A DNA stretch of 64,000 nt from the NCBI GenBank assembly GCA_017433375.1, contig JAFRHG010000002.1, forward strand, positions 27,361-91,360. Reading direction: 5' to 3'. A program made the position numbers and the translations under genes. The notes under the pieces are model-generated. The model saw nothing but the letters and a program-made list of their open reading frames with translations. It ran no database searches and had not been told where the DNA came from. The stretch comes from Bacillota bacterium (lineage in GTDB: Bacteria > Bacillota > Clostridia > Peptostreptococcales > Anaerovoracaceae). Shown here piece after piece: positions 28,291 to 38,939 of the stretch. Position 1 is the first letter of the stretch. Every line of letters starts with the position of its first letter.

Positions 28291-30009
28291 CTAATTGAAC
28301 GCCTTGTAATCCAGAGATGCGAAATCAAGCTGGTATTTGCCACTACCGACATGCTCGTAGAGATAGCCGTCGCTCGTCAGGTCATTTTTGTATGTCCAGG
28401 CACTGACGCCCAGCCCATATGCCTTTGCAGCGTTGTACATAGAATCGGTGAATTCGGTAGTCTTCACAGACACGCCGGTATATCCCCGACTTCTTGCCGT
28501 CTCTACTTTTGACATCACATTACTGTTGAAAAGATAATAGGTCTTGGATTTGTTAACACCCAGGGTCTTCTCAGCATATTCCTTGATAAGAGACAGTGAA
28601 TCAGCGTGGAAACTGGTATAAACGACCACGTTCTGCAAGTCTTTGCTTTCTACCAGCTTCACGATTTTCCGGACTTCCTCTTTCCTGATCGCATAATTAT
28701 CGAATTTTTTGATCTCGATAACAGGAACCATACCATAGGATTTGCAAATATCGAGATATTCGTCGAGAAAGCACACTTTCGGCAGTCTCTGCCGTATTTC
28801 TTCAGCAGACATGTTGTAGACTACAGCGTTGAGGCCCATGGTCCTGCTGAAGGTCTCGTCATGATTGATCACAATGTCATAGCTCTCATACTCGTATACG
28901 TTCGCATATGCGTTGAGGAATGTAAGTAACCCATCATCGCCATCGGTCATGAGTTCAGCCCGCACCTCAGACTTCTGCGCATCATTCAGACCATTATACA
29001 AGTCGAATGCTCCTTTGATCTCTGCTGCCTTGTCCAGTACGGCGTCTGTATCCAGACCGTTAAGTGACAGCGCGCGGATGGCATCAATGGCAGGATCCAC
29101 GTTCGGATCCGATGCCGCAGAGACGTTCGGAGAAAGAGCAGACGGAATCGTATCCTCTGGGATCTCTGCAGAGCTCAGCGTCGTTGTCGGCATTGGCGGC
29201 AGGACTACGTTGTATGTCGAATGTCTGGTCGCGATTGCATCGCATTCGCAGGCTGGGAACCCGTTATCTCCAGCAGCCCTGAAGGCATTCGCCGTATTCT
29301 CTGTGTGCTTGGTATGAAATCCTCTGTGCGCTATCCAAACGACTTCGTCTCGTGTATAGTGATGCACAATGATGGTGCGCGCACCGCGCACGCCTGAGCC
29401 GTCCTTTGCCGTCGCGTAGACATTGCATGACCCGTAGCCCTTCGCCGTGACCTTGCCCGATTTATTGACCGTTGCAACAGCCGGATTGTCCGACCGCCAG
29501 GTAACGCTCTTGTTGGTCGCGCCCTTGTTGACGGAAGCTTTGAGCGTACTGCTTCGGCCCTTGTTCAGATAGCGGCTTCCACTGACGCTGATGGACGAGA
29601 CAGGTGTGCCGACTCTGATCTTGATCTTCTTTTTCTTGCTTGGCTTCTTCTTGCAGTAGACGGTGATGTAAGTGGTGCCTTTCTTCTTGGCCTTGATCTT
29701 GCCTTTGCTCGATACCGTTGCCACCTTTTTCTTCGAGCTCCTGAATTTGACAGGAGTGCTCTTTTTGACGCCCTTTTTCGTCACAGTAGCCGAAGCCTGT
29801 ATCTTAAGCGTCGAACCCTTCCTGAGCACGGTGTTCGAATTGATGTTGTTCACACTGATGCTGTAGGTCGCCTTCTTCTTTTTCGATTTTGCCTGAACCT
29901 CCTGCGGCACACCGACCATGGTCACGAACATAGCCAGTATCAAAAGCATCGACAGCACCCTGGCCGGCGGAAATCGCAGGCTTCCCTTTTCTTTGTTATC
30001 CCGTTTCAT
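28291..30009 (-). CDS. Exported protein: Lys-rich Ig-like (Big_2) repeats plus GDPD-like domain
   Basis: Signal peptide; SSKKKVATVSSKGKIKAKKKG and WRSDNPAVATVNKSGKVTAK; WIAHRG...ENT...ECD...NHD...IEIK; start taken at MKRDNK. Confidence 0.75.
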   Translation of the reverse strand: MKRDNKEKGSLRFPPARVLSMLLILAMFVTMVGVPQEVQAKSKKKKATYSISVNNINSNTVLRKGSTLKIQASATVTKKGVKKSTPVKFRSSKKKVATVSSKGKIKAKKKGTTYITVYCKKKPSKKKKIKIRVGTPVSSISVSGSRYLNKGRSSTLKASVNKGATNKSVTWRSDNPAVATVNKSGKVTAKGYGSCNVYATAKDGSGVRGARTIIVHHYTRDEVVWIAHRGFHTKHTENTANAFRAAGDNGFPACECDAIATRHSTYNVVLPPMPTTTLSSAEIPEDTIPSALSPNVSAASDPNVDPAIDAIRALSLNGLDTDAVLDKAAEIKGAFDLYNGLNDAQKSEVRAELMTDGDDGLLTFLNAYANVYEYESYDIVINHDETFSRTMGLNAVVYNMSAEEIRQRLPKVCFLDEYLDICKSYGMVPVIEIKKFDNYAIRKEEVRKIVKLVESKDLQNVVVYTSFHADSLSLIKEYAEKTLGVNKSKTYYLFNSNVMSKVETARSRGYTGVSVKTTEFTDSMYNAAKAYGLGVSAWTYKNDLTSDGYLYEHVGSGKYQLDFASLDYKAFN

Positions 30010-30088
30010 ATTCTCTTTGTCCGAATTCCTTTCATGATCATTATACAAATACAGCACGGCCCATTCTTGACGCACAAATGACCGGCTC

Positions 30089-31237
30089 TCACCGTGAGAT
30101 CTGTCGCTTTATCTTTGACGCGACAGCGTTCAGAGGATGGCGGATGTGATCCATTCGACGCTCAAGGGAAGCGACTTGTTTTTCAAGTTTCCTGACTCGC
30201 TGGGAAAGTTCAAGATTCTCCCGGTAGAGGAGGAGATCAGCGGCTGCGGCAGATCTTACGACATCGTTTATCAGCTCAGGATTCATATCTTCTCTCTTAG
30301 GCGGACCGGAGTAATCATCACTAAACAACGGCACACCATCACCGATAAAGCGATCCGCGAGAAGTGCGTTTTTCCCTTCGTAACGGGACATGAACTCTCT
30401 GCGTTCTTCCTCGGAGAATTCACTGCACGGGTAATACTGTTTCGACACATCAGAACACAGCAGGAGACTCCGGCCGAAGAATTTCTGCTCTGCATTCGTC
30501 AGGCTTTGGACTTGATTGATAAGCGTTTTTAAGCGAACCGTGTTCCCGTACAGCCCGGTATTAGTAACGGGGTTCTCTTCAGGTATTCCGCTTGGATCCA
30601 TGCCGATTATCTGCAGAAAGTCTTGCAGAATGCCCGTTCTGGCGGCATCAGTGTAGCGCCTTACGATAATGTTTTCATCACCGACTACACTGGCGTAATA
30701 ATCCAGGAGTTCATAGTAATCCAGATAGTCGCTATAGTAATCGATATAGTCTTCTATGGTCATCCTGTGTTCCAGAGTAACCTTGATCGCCTGATTCCAG
30801 CGGGATTCAATGAATTGATCCTGACGGCGAAGATAGATGATGAGTTTCAGAGTATAATCGTTCTCTTTACTGTCCTGTGCAACTCTTTCAAGAGTCCCTT
30901 TGATTTCGTACATTCTCTTGCAAAGAGCTTCATCAGACAAAACAACGGTATCGTATGTCCGGAAGAGGTCGTGTAACTGGTCCATGCAGTCATGGAACTG
31001 TTGATTTTCCAGTGCAAGGTCTCGGTTACCCTCTTCATCCCAGACGGGCCATGATATGAAACATGCGTTGCGCGACCAGGGCTTTTTCGTTCCGTTTTTC
31101 TGAACATATCGGTAGGGAGGGATCGGATAAGCGATTCCGTGTTCAGCGAAAAAATCCGTGTGCGAGAAAAAATATTCCTGGACACTTGTGGTGCCGGTCT
31201 TGTATGTTCCTATATGAAGATAAAGTGTCTTAGCCAT
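30089..31237 (-). CDS. Sulfotransferase-like P-loop protein
   Basis: 5'-PSB-like LYLHIGTYKTGTTSVQ, LSDE, and 3'-PB-like YLRRQDQFIESRWNQ; SD GAGGAGG before MAKT. Confidence 0.7.
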   Translation of the reverse strand: MAKTLYLHIGTYKTGTTSVQEYFFSHTDFFAEHGIAYPIPPYRYVQKNGTKKPWSRNACFISWPVWDEEGNRDLALENQQFHDCMDQLHDLFRTYDTVVLSDEALCKRMYEIKGTLERVAQDSKENDYTLKLIIYLRRQDQFIESRWNQAIKVTLEHRMTIEDYIDYYSDYLDYYELLDYYASVVGDENIIVRRYTDAARTGILQDFLQIIGMDPSGIPEENPVTNTGLYGNTVRLKTLINQVQSLTNAEQKFFGRSLLLCSDVSKQYYPCSEFSEEERREFMSRYEGKNALLADRFIGDGVPLFSDDYSGPPKREDMNPELINDVVRSAAAADLLLYRENLELSQRVRKLEKQVASLERRMDHIRHPLNAVASKIKRQISR

Positions 31238-31365
31238 TTGATCAGCCCTCCTCGTTATGAATGAGGACAATATACATGAAGATTATGAAAGGGAAATGAA
31301 AAGAAACTTTCATGTTTCTTTAATCTTAAGATTATATAAATTAATAAGTATGTGCGAGGTCTGAT

Positions 31366-32040
31366 ATGAGAATTCTGATCGTAGAAGATGAAAAAGATCT
31401 GAATCGTCTCCTTGAGAAGCGACTCACCTTCGAAGGATATATTACTGACTGCTGTTATGACGGAGCTGAAGTAATTGAGTACCTGGAGACGGCAGAGTAT
31501 GATGCCGTGATTTTAGACCTGATGCTTCCCGGAACGGATGGAATGCAGGTGCTGAGAACGGTGAGAAGTATTAATAATCAGGTCCCCGTACTTATCCTGT
31601 CTGCCAAAAGCGAGACAAAAGATATTGTCAGTGGCCTTGATGCCGGTGCCGATGACTATATGGTCAAACCTTTCGATTTCAGTGAGCTTCTCGCCCGTCT
31701 CCGACTGATCACTCGCAAGAAGGTTGAAACAAGAGAGAACACATACCGGTGCGACGGACTTGAGGTGGATACGAACAACAAGACGGTCAGGAGGAATGGT
31801 GTCGTGATCCCCGTCTCTCCAAGAGAGTATGCTATCCTGCTGTATCTGATAAGGAACCAGGGCACAGTATTGACGCGTCAGCAGATAGTAGACAACATCT
31901 ATAATCTTGATCAGGATATCAATTCTAACGTGATCGATGTTTACATCCGCCTTCTCAGGAAAAAAATTGATGTAGGGTTTGATCATAAGCTCATACATAC
32001 CATGCGAGGGATAGGGTATGTGTTGAAATGGACAGAGTAA
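31366..32040 (+). CDS. OmpR-family response regulator
   Basis: ILIVEDE, ILDLMLP, GADDYMVKPF, winged helix VIDVYIRLLRKK...RGIGY. Confidence 0.95.
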   Translation: MRILIVEDEKDLNRLLEKRLTFEGYITDCCYDGAEVIEYLETAEYDAVILDLMLPGTDGMQVLRTVRSINNQVPVLILSAKSETKDIVSGLDAGADDYMVKPFDFSELLARLRLITRKKVETRENTYRCDGLEVDTNNKTVRRNGVVIPVSPREYAILLYLIRNQGTVLTRQQIVDNIYNLDQDINSNVIDVYIRLLRKKIDVGFDHKLIHTMRGIGYVLKWTE

Positions 32041-33437
32041 AGAAGAAACCATCGGTCGTAACTTTTATCTTTATATACGCTGCTATATTTTTTATCGTGG
32101 CCATAGTTGGCATGTCAGCGCTTACGATGTTCACTACCCGCAAGGCGACAATAGGGGCAACAGAAAACAGACTTGCCAAAGAAGCTATGCGTGCCAGCTA
32201 CAATCTCGAAATACAGGATGATGGGAATATAGCATTCCTGCCTGGCGCTGTTACGAACAACGGTGGATGCTATGCCTTGATCGTAAAAGAAGATGGATCG
32301 GTAATAGCAGGGGAGTATCCGGGGGATATGGCCGCGGCAGCCACTGCGGGAGTAACGACCAAGAGAAGACTGATGCATATCGAGACGGAGGACGGAGTTT
32401 GCTGTTATTATGATAAGCCGATCATGAGACGTAGCGGGGAGAAAGCAGACAAAGCAGAATATTATGTAAGAACGATGATAGACTACAGAGAGATCGATAC
32501 CATCTATCAGGATATCCAGAAGTTCTTGTATATATACGTGATTATCCTGCTATGCATAATGAGTGCAGGAGGCTACTTGCTGTATCGGAAGGTCGTCCAT
32601 CCGGTAAACGCTATGTGTGAGCGGATCAATTCAATCACAGAGTCTCTGGACCTGTCAGAGAGAATCGAAGATCCCGGAGCGTTCAGAGAGACAGAGGTCA
32701 TCACGAACGCGAACAACAGGCTCATTGAACAGGCAGAGGAAGTGGTTCTGCAGCAGGAAGAGTTTAATCAGAACATATCTCATGAGCTAAGAACACCGGT
32801 ATCGCTTATACAGGGAGAGTGCGAGCTCCTGGAAGATATGTACGTAGAAGATCTGCCGGAGGCAATGGCAGAAGCTGTATCCGTGATACATAAACAGAGC
32901 GAGCGGATGAACCTCATCATATCAGAGCTTCTGTATCTGGCAAAGATCAATAGCGACGGTTACAAACTCAATAGGGAGAAGGTGGACCTTGTAGATATTG
33001 TAGAATCAGCATGCGACGATGCCGAGGACTTCATTGATGGCGGCCGCGAATTTGTTCGCGATTTTGCTGTTGCTGAGGCGGAAGTGGATGTTGGCCTTTT
33101 CATGATCGCTGTCAGAAACCTGTTATCTAATGCAATCAAGTACAGTCCCCGTGGAAGCCGGATCTATGTTTCTACGGGTGTAATGTGTTCTGAAGCATAC
33201 GTGAGTGTACGGGATGAAGGATGCGGCATATCCGAAGAGAATCAGAAGAAAGTATTTGAACCATATTATCAGGTAAACGGTGAGCGCAATTCTGATGGAT
33301 TCGGCCTTGGGCTTAACCTGGTGAAGAGAATAGCAGAGAAACACGGAGGCAGCGTAAAACTTACATCAGCACTTAACGAGGGCGCCACCTTTGCGATAGT
33401 TTTGCCTGCCGTGGAGGACAGTCATGGATCATCTTGA
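32028..33437 (+). CDS. Sensor histidine kinase
   Basis: Two TM helices, [27 protein letters not shown]. Confidence 0.93.
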   Translation: MDRVKKKPSVVTFIFIYAAIFFIVAIVGMSALTMFTTRKATIGATENRLAKEAMRASYNLEIQDDGNIAFLPGAVTNNGGCYALIVKEDGSVIAGEYPGDMAAAATAGVTTKRRLMHIETEDGVCCYYDKPIMRRSGEKADKAEYYVRTMIDYREIDTIYQDIQKFLYIYVIILLCIMSAGGYLLYRKVVHPVNAMCERINSITESLDLSERIEDPGAFRETEVITNANNRLIEQAEEVVLQQEEFNQNISHELRTPVSLIQGECELLEDMYVEDLPEAMAEAVSVIHKQSERMNLIISELLYLAKINSDGYKLNREKVDLVDIVESACDDAEDFIDGGREFVRDFAVAEAEVDVGLFMIAVRNLLSNAIKYSPRGSRIYVSTGVMCSEAYVSVRDEGCGISEENQKKVFEPYYQVNGERNSDGFGLGLNLVKRIAEKHGGSVKLTSALNEGATFAIVLPAVEDSHGSS

Positions 33438-34317
33438 TCGTCTTGAAGCAGAAGCCATCTATATCATAAGGGAAGTAGCCGCAGAGAGCGAGAGGCCGGT
33501 TATGCTGTATTCGATCGGAAAGGATTCTTCGGTCATGCTCCACCTTGCGCTGAAGGCCTTCTATCCTGAACCTGTTCCTTTTCCGTTTCTTCATGTGAAT
33601 ACGACATGGAAATTCAGAGAGATGATAGAGTTCCGTGACAGGAGAGCCAGGGAACTGGGGATAGAGATGATCGAGTATATCAACGAAGAAGGAATAAAAC
33701 AGGGGATAAATCCTTTCGACCACGGGGCTGCATATACGGACATTATGAAGACGCAGGCTCTTAAACAGGCACTCGACAAATACGGCTTCACCGCAGCCTT
33801 TGGCGGAGGACGCCGTGACGAAGAGAAGAGTCGGGCCAAGGAGCGCATATTCTCATTCAGAAACGCAGAACACGCATGGGATCCGAAGAACCAGCGCCCG
33901 GAAATGTGGAAGTGTTACAATACAGAGATTCGCAAGGGGGAAAGCATCAGGGTCTTCCCGATATCGAACTGGACAGAATCGGATATCTGGCAGTATATCA
34001 GAAGGGAAGACATCCCTATCGTCCCTCTGTATTATGCGGCGGTGCGCCCTGTTGTTGAACGAGACGGGAACATCATACTCGTTGATGATGACCGCATGAA
34101 GCTTCTTCCGGGCGAGGAACCGGTAATGAAGAAGGTCAGGTTCAGAACCCTTGGATGTTACCCTCTGTCGGGAGGCGTGGAATCAGATGCCGATACACTG
34201 GACGCTATCATTGAGGAGACGCTGAGCGCGGCAGAATCGGAGCGCACGAGCAGGGTCATCGATAAAGACAGCGGATCAGCAAGTATGGAGAAGCGAAAGA
34301 GAGAAGGGTATTTCTAG
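33424..34317 (+). CDS. cysD: Sulfate adenylyltransferase subunit 2
   Basis: [39 protein letters not shown]-terminal [10 protein letters not shown]. Confidence 0.97.
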   Translation: MDHLDRLEAEAIYIIREVAAESERPVMLYSIGKDSSVMLHLALKAFYPEPVPFPFLHVNTTWKFREMIEFRDRRARELGIEMIEYINEEGIKQGINPFDHGAAYTDIMKTQALKQALDKYGFTAAFGGGRRDEEKSRAKERIFSFRNAEHAWDPKNQRPEMWKCYNTEIRKGESIRVFPISNWTESDIWQYIRREDIPIVPLYYAAVRPVVERDGNIILVDDDRMKLLPGEEPVMKKVRFRTLGCYPLSGGVESDADTLDAIIEETLSAAESERTSRVIDKDSGSASMEKRKREGYF

Positions 34318-34347
34318 TCTGCTCTGCAAAAGAAACGGGAAGGATCA

Positions 34348-36174
34348 ATGAAAGAGCTGCTTAAATTCATCACCTGTGGGAGCGTGGATGACGGCAAGTC
34401 GACGCTTATTGGGCGCATGCTATACGATGCAAAGCTGCTGTTCGCCGATCAAAAGCAGGCTCTTGTTCTCGACAGCAAAATCGGCAGCCGTGGAGGGGAG
34501 ATCGACTATTCTCTTCTTCTCGATGGCCTTGCTGCTGAGCGGGAGCAGGGGATAACTATCGATGTGGCATACAGGTATTTTACAACGAAGAGAAGGAGCT
34601 TCATCGTCGCGGATACGCCGGGACATGAAGAATATACTCGTAATATGGCGGTCGGGGCCTCCTTTGCTGATCTGGCAGTCATACTTGTTGATTCGTCGAA
34701 GGGCATACAGATCCAGACGAGAAGGCATGCGAGGATATGCTCGCTTATGGGCATAAGACACTTCGTCTTTGCGCTGAACAAAATGGATCTTATTGACTAT
34801 GATGCGGATCGGTTCGGCGAGCTGAAAAGACACATAGATATACTGACAGCTGAGACAGGACTTAGAAATTACAAGGTGATTCCGGTATCGGCTACGGAAG
34901 GGGACAATATTACAACAGAATCGAAGAAGCTGCCCTGGTACCACGGTGAGACCCTGCTCGAATGGCTTGAGCAGGTAGACGTTCATATGGAAGAGGAAGA
35001 GGGCTTCGTTCTGCCGGTGCAGAGAGTATGCAGACCGGACAGCAGATTCAGGGGCTTTGCCGGACAGGTGGAATCAGGCAGCATAAAAACAGGTGACGAG
35101 ATCACTGTTCTGCCGGGAGAGGAGCGGGCCCGAGTCAGCAGATTATTCTGGACCGACGAGGAGCGTAGCGAAGTATCTGAAGGAATGCCGGTGACCGTCT
35201 GCCTCGATCGGGAGATAGACATATCGAGGGGAAGTGTTCTGGTATCCGGTGCGGAAATGCTGACAGGCAATCTGTTTAGCGCCATGATGCTCTGGATGGA
35301 TGATAACAGGCTGGTTGAGGGGAAACGTTTTCTGCTGAAGCTCAGCACGCAAAAAGTCCCGGCTACCGTGATGAAGATCGAGTACAAAATCGACGTGAAT
35401 ACAGGAGACCGGGTGCCGGCAAGGGAGATCAGAAAAAACGAGATCGTTCGCTGCGAGATATCACTGACAAGCCCGATAGTATTCGATAGATTTGAGAATC
35501 ATCGCAGTATGGGGGGATTTATTCTGATCGACCGGGTGACGAATACGACGTCTGCCTGTGGAACAGTCAGTCGCAAACTGGGGCGGTCAGAAAATATAAT
35601 CCGGCAGGATCTCGATGTGACGAGAGAGATGCGTGCGGCCAGCCTTGATCAGAAGCCTCTGACCATATGGTTCACAGGTCTTTCCGGTGCGGGGAAATCG
35701 ACTTTGGCTAATGCTGTCGAAAAACAGCTCGCCGCGAGAGGGATGCATACAATGCTTCTGGACGGGGACAATATCAGACTTGGTATCAACAATAATCTCG
35801 GGTTCACAGAGGCTGACAGAATAGAAAACATCAGGCGTGTCGGAGAAGTCGCCAAGTTGATGAACGATGCCGGACTTATCACACTCACCGCTCTCATTTC
35901 GCCGTACAGAAGCGACAGGAGACGAGTGCGCGAGATCGTTGGGGACGGGAGTTTTGTAGAGGTGTATGTAAGTACTCCGCTGGAAGAATGCGAAAAGAGA
36001 GACGCGAAAGGGCTGTATCGCAAAGCCAGAAAAGGAGAGATATCGGAATTCACAGGCATAGGAAGCCCCTATGAGGTGCCGGAGAATCCTGAGATAACGA
36101 TAGATACAAGCACTTGTTCCATAGATGAAGCAACAGACATTCTGATGCGTGAACTGGAGCAATTTCTCAGATAA
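34348..36174 (+). CDS. cysNC: Bifunctional sulfate adenylyltransferase subunit 1 / APS kinase
   Basis: CGSVDDGKSTLIGR, EREQGITIDVAYRYF, DTPGHEEY, NKMD; C-terminal WFTGLSGAGKST, LDGDNIR, RDAKGLY. Confidence 0.95.
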   Translation: MKELLKFITCGSVDDGKSTLIGRMLYDAKLLFADQKQALVLDSKIGSRGGEIDYSLLLDGLAAEREQGITIDVAYRYFTTKRRSFIVADTPGHEEYTRNMAVGASFADLAVILVDSSKGIQIQTRRHARICSLMGIRHFVFALNKMDLIDYDADRFGELKRHIDILTAETGLRNYKVIPVSATEGDNITTESKKLPWYHGETLLEWLEQVDVHMEEEEGFVLPVQRVCRPDSRFRGFAGQVESGSIKTGDEITVLPGEERARVSRLFWTDEERSEVSEGMPVTVCLDREIDISRGSVLVSGAEMLTGNLFSAMMLWMDDNRLVEGKRFLLKLSTQKVPATVMKIEYKIDVNTGDRVPAREIRKNEIVRCEISLTSPIVFDRFENHRSMGGFILIDRVTNTTSACGTVSRKLGRSENIIRQDLDVTREMRAASLDQKPLTIWFTGLSGAGKSTLANAVEKQLAARGMHTMLLDGDNIRLGINNNLGFTEADRIENIRRVGEVAKLMNDAGLITLTALISPYRSDRRRVREIVGDGSFVEVYVSTPLEECEKRDAKGLYRKARKGEISEFTGIGSPYEVPENPEITIDTSTCSIDEATDILMRELEQFLR

Positions 36175-36193
36175 AATAAAGAAAGGACCAACT

Positions 36194-37234
36194 ATGAGAT
36201 CTTACTACTCAAAATCAAAGCATGTGACGTGCCTTGCCTTGGTGATGATCCTTGCTCTTTGTCTGCTCAGCTCATGCGGCGGGGCTTCAGAGGAGGAATC
36301 GGACGGCAGCGTCAGGATAACCAACGTATCCTATGATCCGACAAGGGAGTTTTACGCAGCATATAATAAATGGTTTTCCGGTATATATGAAGAAGAGACC
36401 GGACAGAAGGTAGAAGTTATTCAGTCCCACGGAGGCTCAGGCAGTCAGGCGAGATCCGTAGTGGAAGGAAGCGACGCGGACGTTGTAACACTTGCCCTCG
36501 CTCACGATATCACCCTTATTGAGGAACATGGCATGATCGAGCCGGGATGGATAAATGAGTTTGACAGAGATTCTTCGCCATACACGTCGGCTATAGTGTT
36601 TCTCGTGAGGGCGGGAAATGAGAAAAAGATAAAGGACTGGGATGACCTGACCAGAGAAGGCGTGGATATCATTACACCAGACCCGAAGTCAAGTGGTGCG
36701 GCGTGCTGGAACTTCCTTGCAGCATGGAATTACGCAGACGGCAAATTCGCAGGAGACGAGTCAAAAATTCGAGATTTCATGTCCGGACTGTACGCGAATG
36801 TAGCCGTCATGGACTCCGGCGCGAGAGCTTCCACAACGACATTCGTTGAGAATGGTCAGGGAGATGTTCTCGTGTCGTGGGAGAATGAAGCTATACAGAC
36901 AGTGTCTGAGTATCCGGGTGAATATGAGATCGTTTCACCAAGCGTAAGTATCCTGGCACAGCCCAGCGTGGCAGTCGTTGACGAGAATGCGAAGAGAAAC
37001 GGTACGGAGGAAATAGCCACCGCATATCTTAAGCACCTGTATACTGAAGATGCACAGAGGATGATCGGAGAATACGGATACAGGCCCTCAAATGAAGATG
37101 TCCTAAAGGAATTCACGGACAAGTTCGATCTCGACATGAAGCTCTGTACGATAGATGACTTCGGCGGATGGGATGCCGCATACCGTGTCTATTTCGCAGA
37201 TGGCGGAGTATTTGATGAGATTTACCAGAACTAG
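36194..37234 (+). CDS. sbp: Sulfate ABC transporter substrate-binding lipoprotein
   Basis: Lipobox LSSC, NVSYDPTRE, QSHGGSGSQAR, WENEA. Confidence 0.93.
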   Translation: MRSYYSKSKHVTCLALVMILALCLLSSCGGASEEESDGSVRITNVSYDPTREFYAAYNKWFSGIYEEETGQKVEVIQSHGGSGSQARSVVEGSDADVVTLALAHDITLIEEHGMIEPGWINEFDRDSSPYTSAIVFLVRAGNEKKIKDWDDLTREGVDIITPDPKSSGAACWNFLAAWNYADGKFAGDESKIRDFMSGLYANVAVMDSGARASTTTFVENGQGDVLVSWENEAIQTVSEYPGEYEIVSPSVSILAQPSVAVVDENAKRNGTEEIATAYLKHLYTEDAQRMIGEYGYRPSNEDVLKEFTDKFDLDMKLCTIDDFGGWDAAYRVYFADGGVFDEIYQN

Positions 37235-38939
37235 AAGTTTCAAATTGCGAACGGGACGGCGCGATTACAGTATAATCCCGGGATTCTCTCTTACGATGGG
37301 GATAACACTTACGATGCTGTCTCTGTTTATCCTCATTCCGCTGGCATCAATAATGGCCTTCTCTTTTGAATTGGGCCCTAAGGGACTGATCGAGGCCGTA
37401 TCGGACGAAGTCGTGATAAATGCTCTTAAAACAAGCATCATGTGTGCGGCTTTGGCTGCTGCGGTCAATTGTCTGTTCGGGCTCATTATCGCATGGACGC
37501 TTGTCAGGTGCGACTTCCCCGGCAAGAGGATCCTTGATGGTCTGATCGAGCTCCCTTTTGCTCTGCCAACGGCCGTAGCGGGGATCACTCTCAGCAAAAT
37601 GTATTCGGAGAGCGGACAACCCGGAAGCCTGCTTGCGAAACTTGGGATAACCGTATCCTACACGCAGCTTGGCATCCTCATCGCCATGATATTCATTGGC
37701 ATACCCTTTGTCGTCAGGACTGTGCAGCCGGTTCTGTCGAAACTGAACCCTGTTTATGAGGAGGCTGCGTACATTCTGGGCGCGGGGAGGTTTATGACCT
37801 TCCGCAAGGTCATACTGCCTGAACTCGGGCCGGCCCTTCTGTCGGGATTCGGACTGGCGCTTGCAAGAGGTCTCGGTGAGTACGGAAGTGTCATATATAT
37901 ATCCGGAAACAGCGCCAGAGATCATACCCAGGTGGCATCGTATGTCATCATGCAGAAACTTAATTATATGGACTATGCCGGGGCGACCGCCATAGCCTTG
38001 CTGATGCTGATCATATCTTTCATTATGCTCATATTGATAAATGCCCTGTCAGTCTTCCAGTCGAGGCGTGTCAGCAACACCTATGCCGCGGCGCAGGAGC
38101 GCAGCGCGAGTTCAGGAAGGGGCGCCAGAATATTGATTGCCCTTTCTGCAACATATGTCCTCGTCATGCTGGTAATGCCTCTGATCTCTGTGATGAAAAA
38201 CGCCTTTTCCAAAGGAATGCTCTTCTATCTGGCGTCACTTGGCACAGATTATGTCAGGTCGGCCGCCGGTGTTACAGCAATGGCAACGATCATTACCCTC
38301 GTGATCAATACGGTCTTCGGATTGGCGGCTGCATGGGCGATCACCAGATTTTCATTCAGGGGCAAACATCTTCTCGGAACTCTGATAGATATCCCGCTCT
38401 CGATATCACCGGTCATAGCGGGACTTGCCTATATCATGACATTCGGAAGACTCGGCTGGGCGTGGCCGGCGCTTCAGGCTGTCAATGATGCTCTTGGCAC
38501 GGATATACAGATCGTTTTCGCCCTGCCGGGGGTGGTGCTTGCCACCGTGTTTGTGACGTTCCCGTTTGTTTCGAGGGAACTGATACCTGTGCTGGATTCT
38601 GTGGGAACAAATGAAGAGGAGGCCGCGGCAATGATGGGTGCAGGAGGCCGCCGGATATTCAGGCGCATAACGTTCCCTCATATCAAATGGGCGATGATAT
38701 ACGGCATGATACTGTGTGCGGCAAGAGCGATGGGAGAATTCGGCGCGGTGAATGCTCTTTCCAAGACAAGGGGCGAGACGTTCACGCTTCCGCTGGAGAT
38801 CGATGCGCTGTATATGGACGGAGGAGCCGACTCTGTGACAGCGGCCTTCGCCGTATCGTCCATTCTCGTTATCACAGCAGTTGCAGTATTGATCATAAGA
38901 AGCATATCCGAACACATGGAGAAACGCGATGTATCTTGA
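37215..38939 (+). CDS. Fused sulfate ABC permease CysT-CysW
   Basis: Two permease halves in one ORF: LPFALPTAVAGI + EEAAYILGA, and IPLSISPVIAG + EEAAAMMGA. Start uncertain. Confidence 0.88.
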   Translation: MRFTRTRSFKLRTGRRDYSIIPGFSLTMGITLTMLSLFILIPLASIMAFSFELGPKGLIEAVSDEVVINALKTSIMCAALAAAVNCLFGLIIAWTLVRCDFPGKRILDGLIELPFALPTAVAGITLSKMYSESGQPGSLLAKLGITVSYTQLGILIAMIFIGIPFVVRTVQPVLSKLNPVYEEAAYILGAGRFMTFRKVILPELGPALLSGFGLALARGLGEYGSVIYISGNSARDHTQVASYVIMQKLNYMDYAGATAIALLMLIISFIMLILINALSVFQSRRVSNTYAAAQERSASSGRGARILIALSATYVLVMLVMPLISVMKNAFSKGMLFYLASLGTDYVRSAAGVTAMATIITLVINTVFGLAAAWAITRFSFRGKHLLGTLIDIPLSISPVIAGLAYIMTFGRLGWAWPALQAVNDALGTDIQIVFALPGVVLATVFVTFPFVSRELIPVLDSVGTNEEEAAAMMGAGGRRIFRRITFPHIKWAMIYGMILCAARAMGEFGAVNALSKTRGETFTLPLEIDALYMDGGADSVTAAFAVSSILVITAVAVLIIRSISEHMEKRDVS

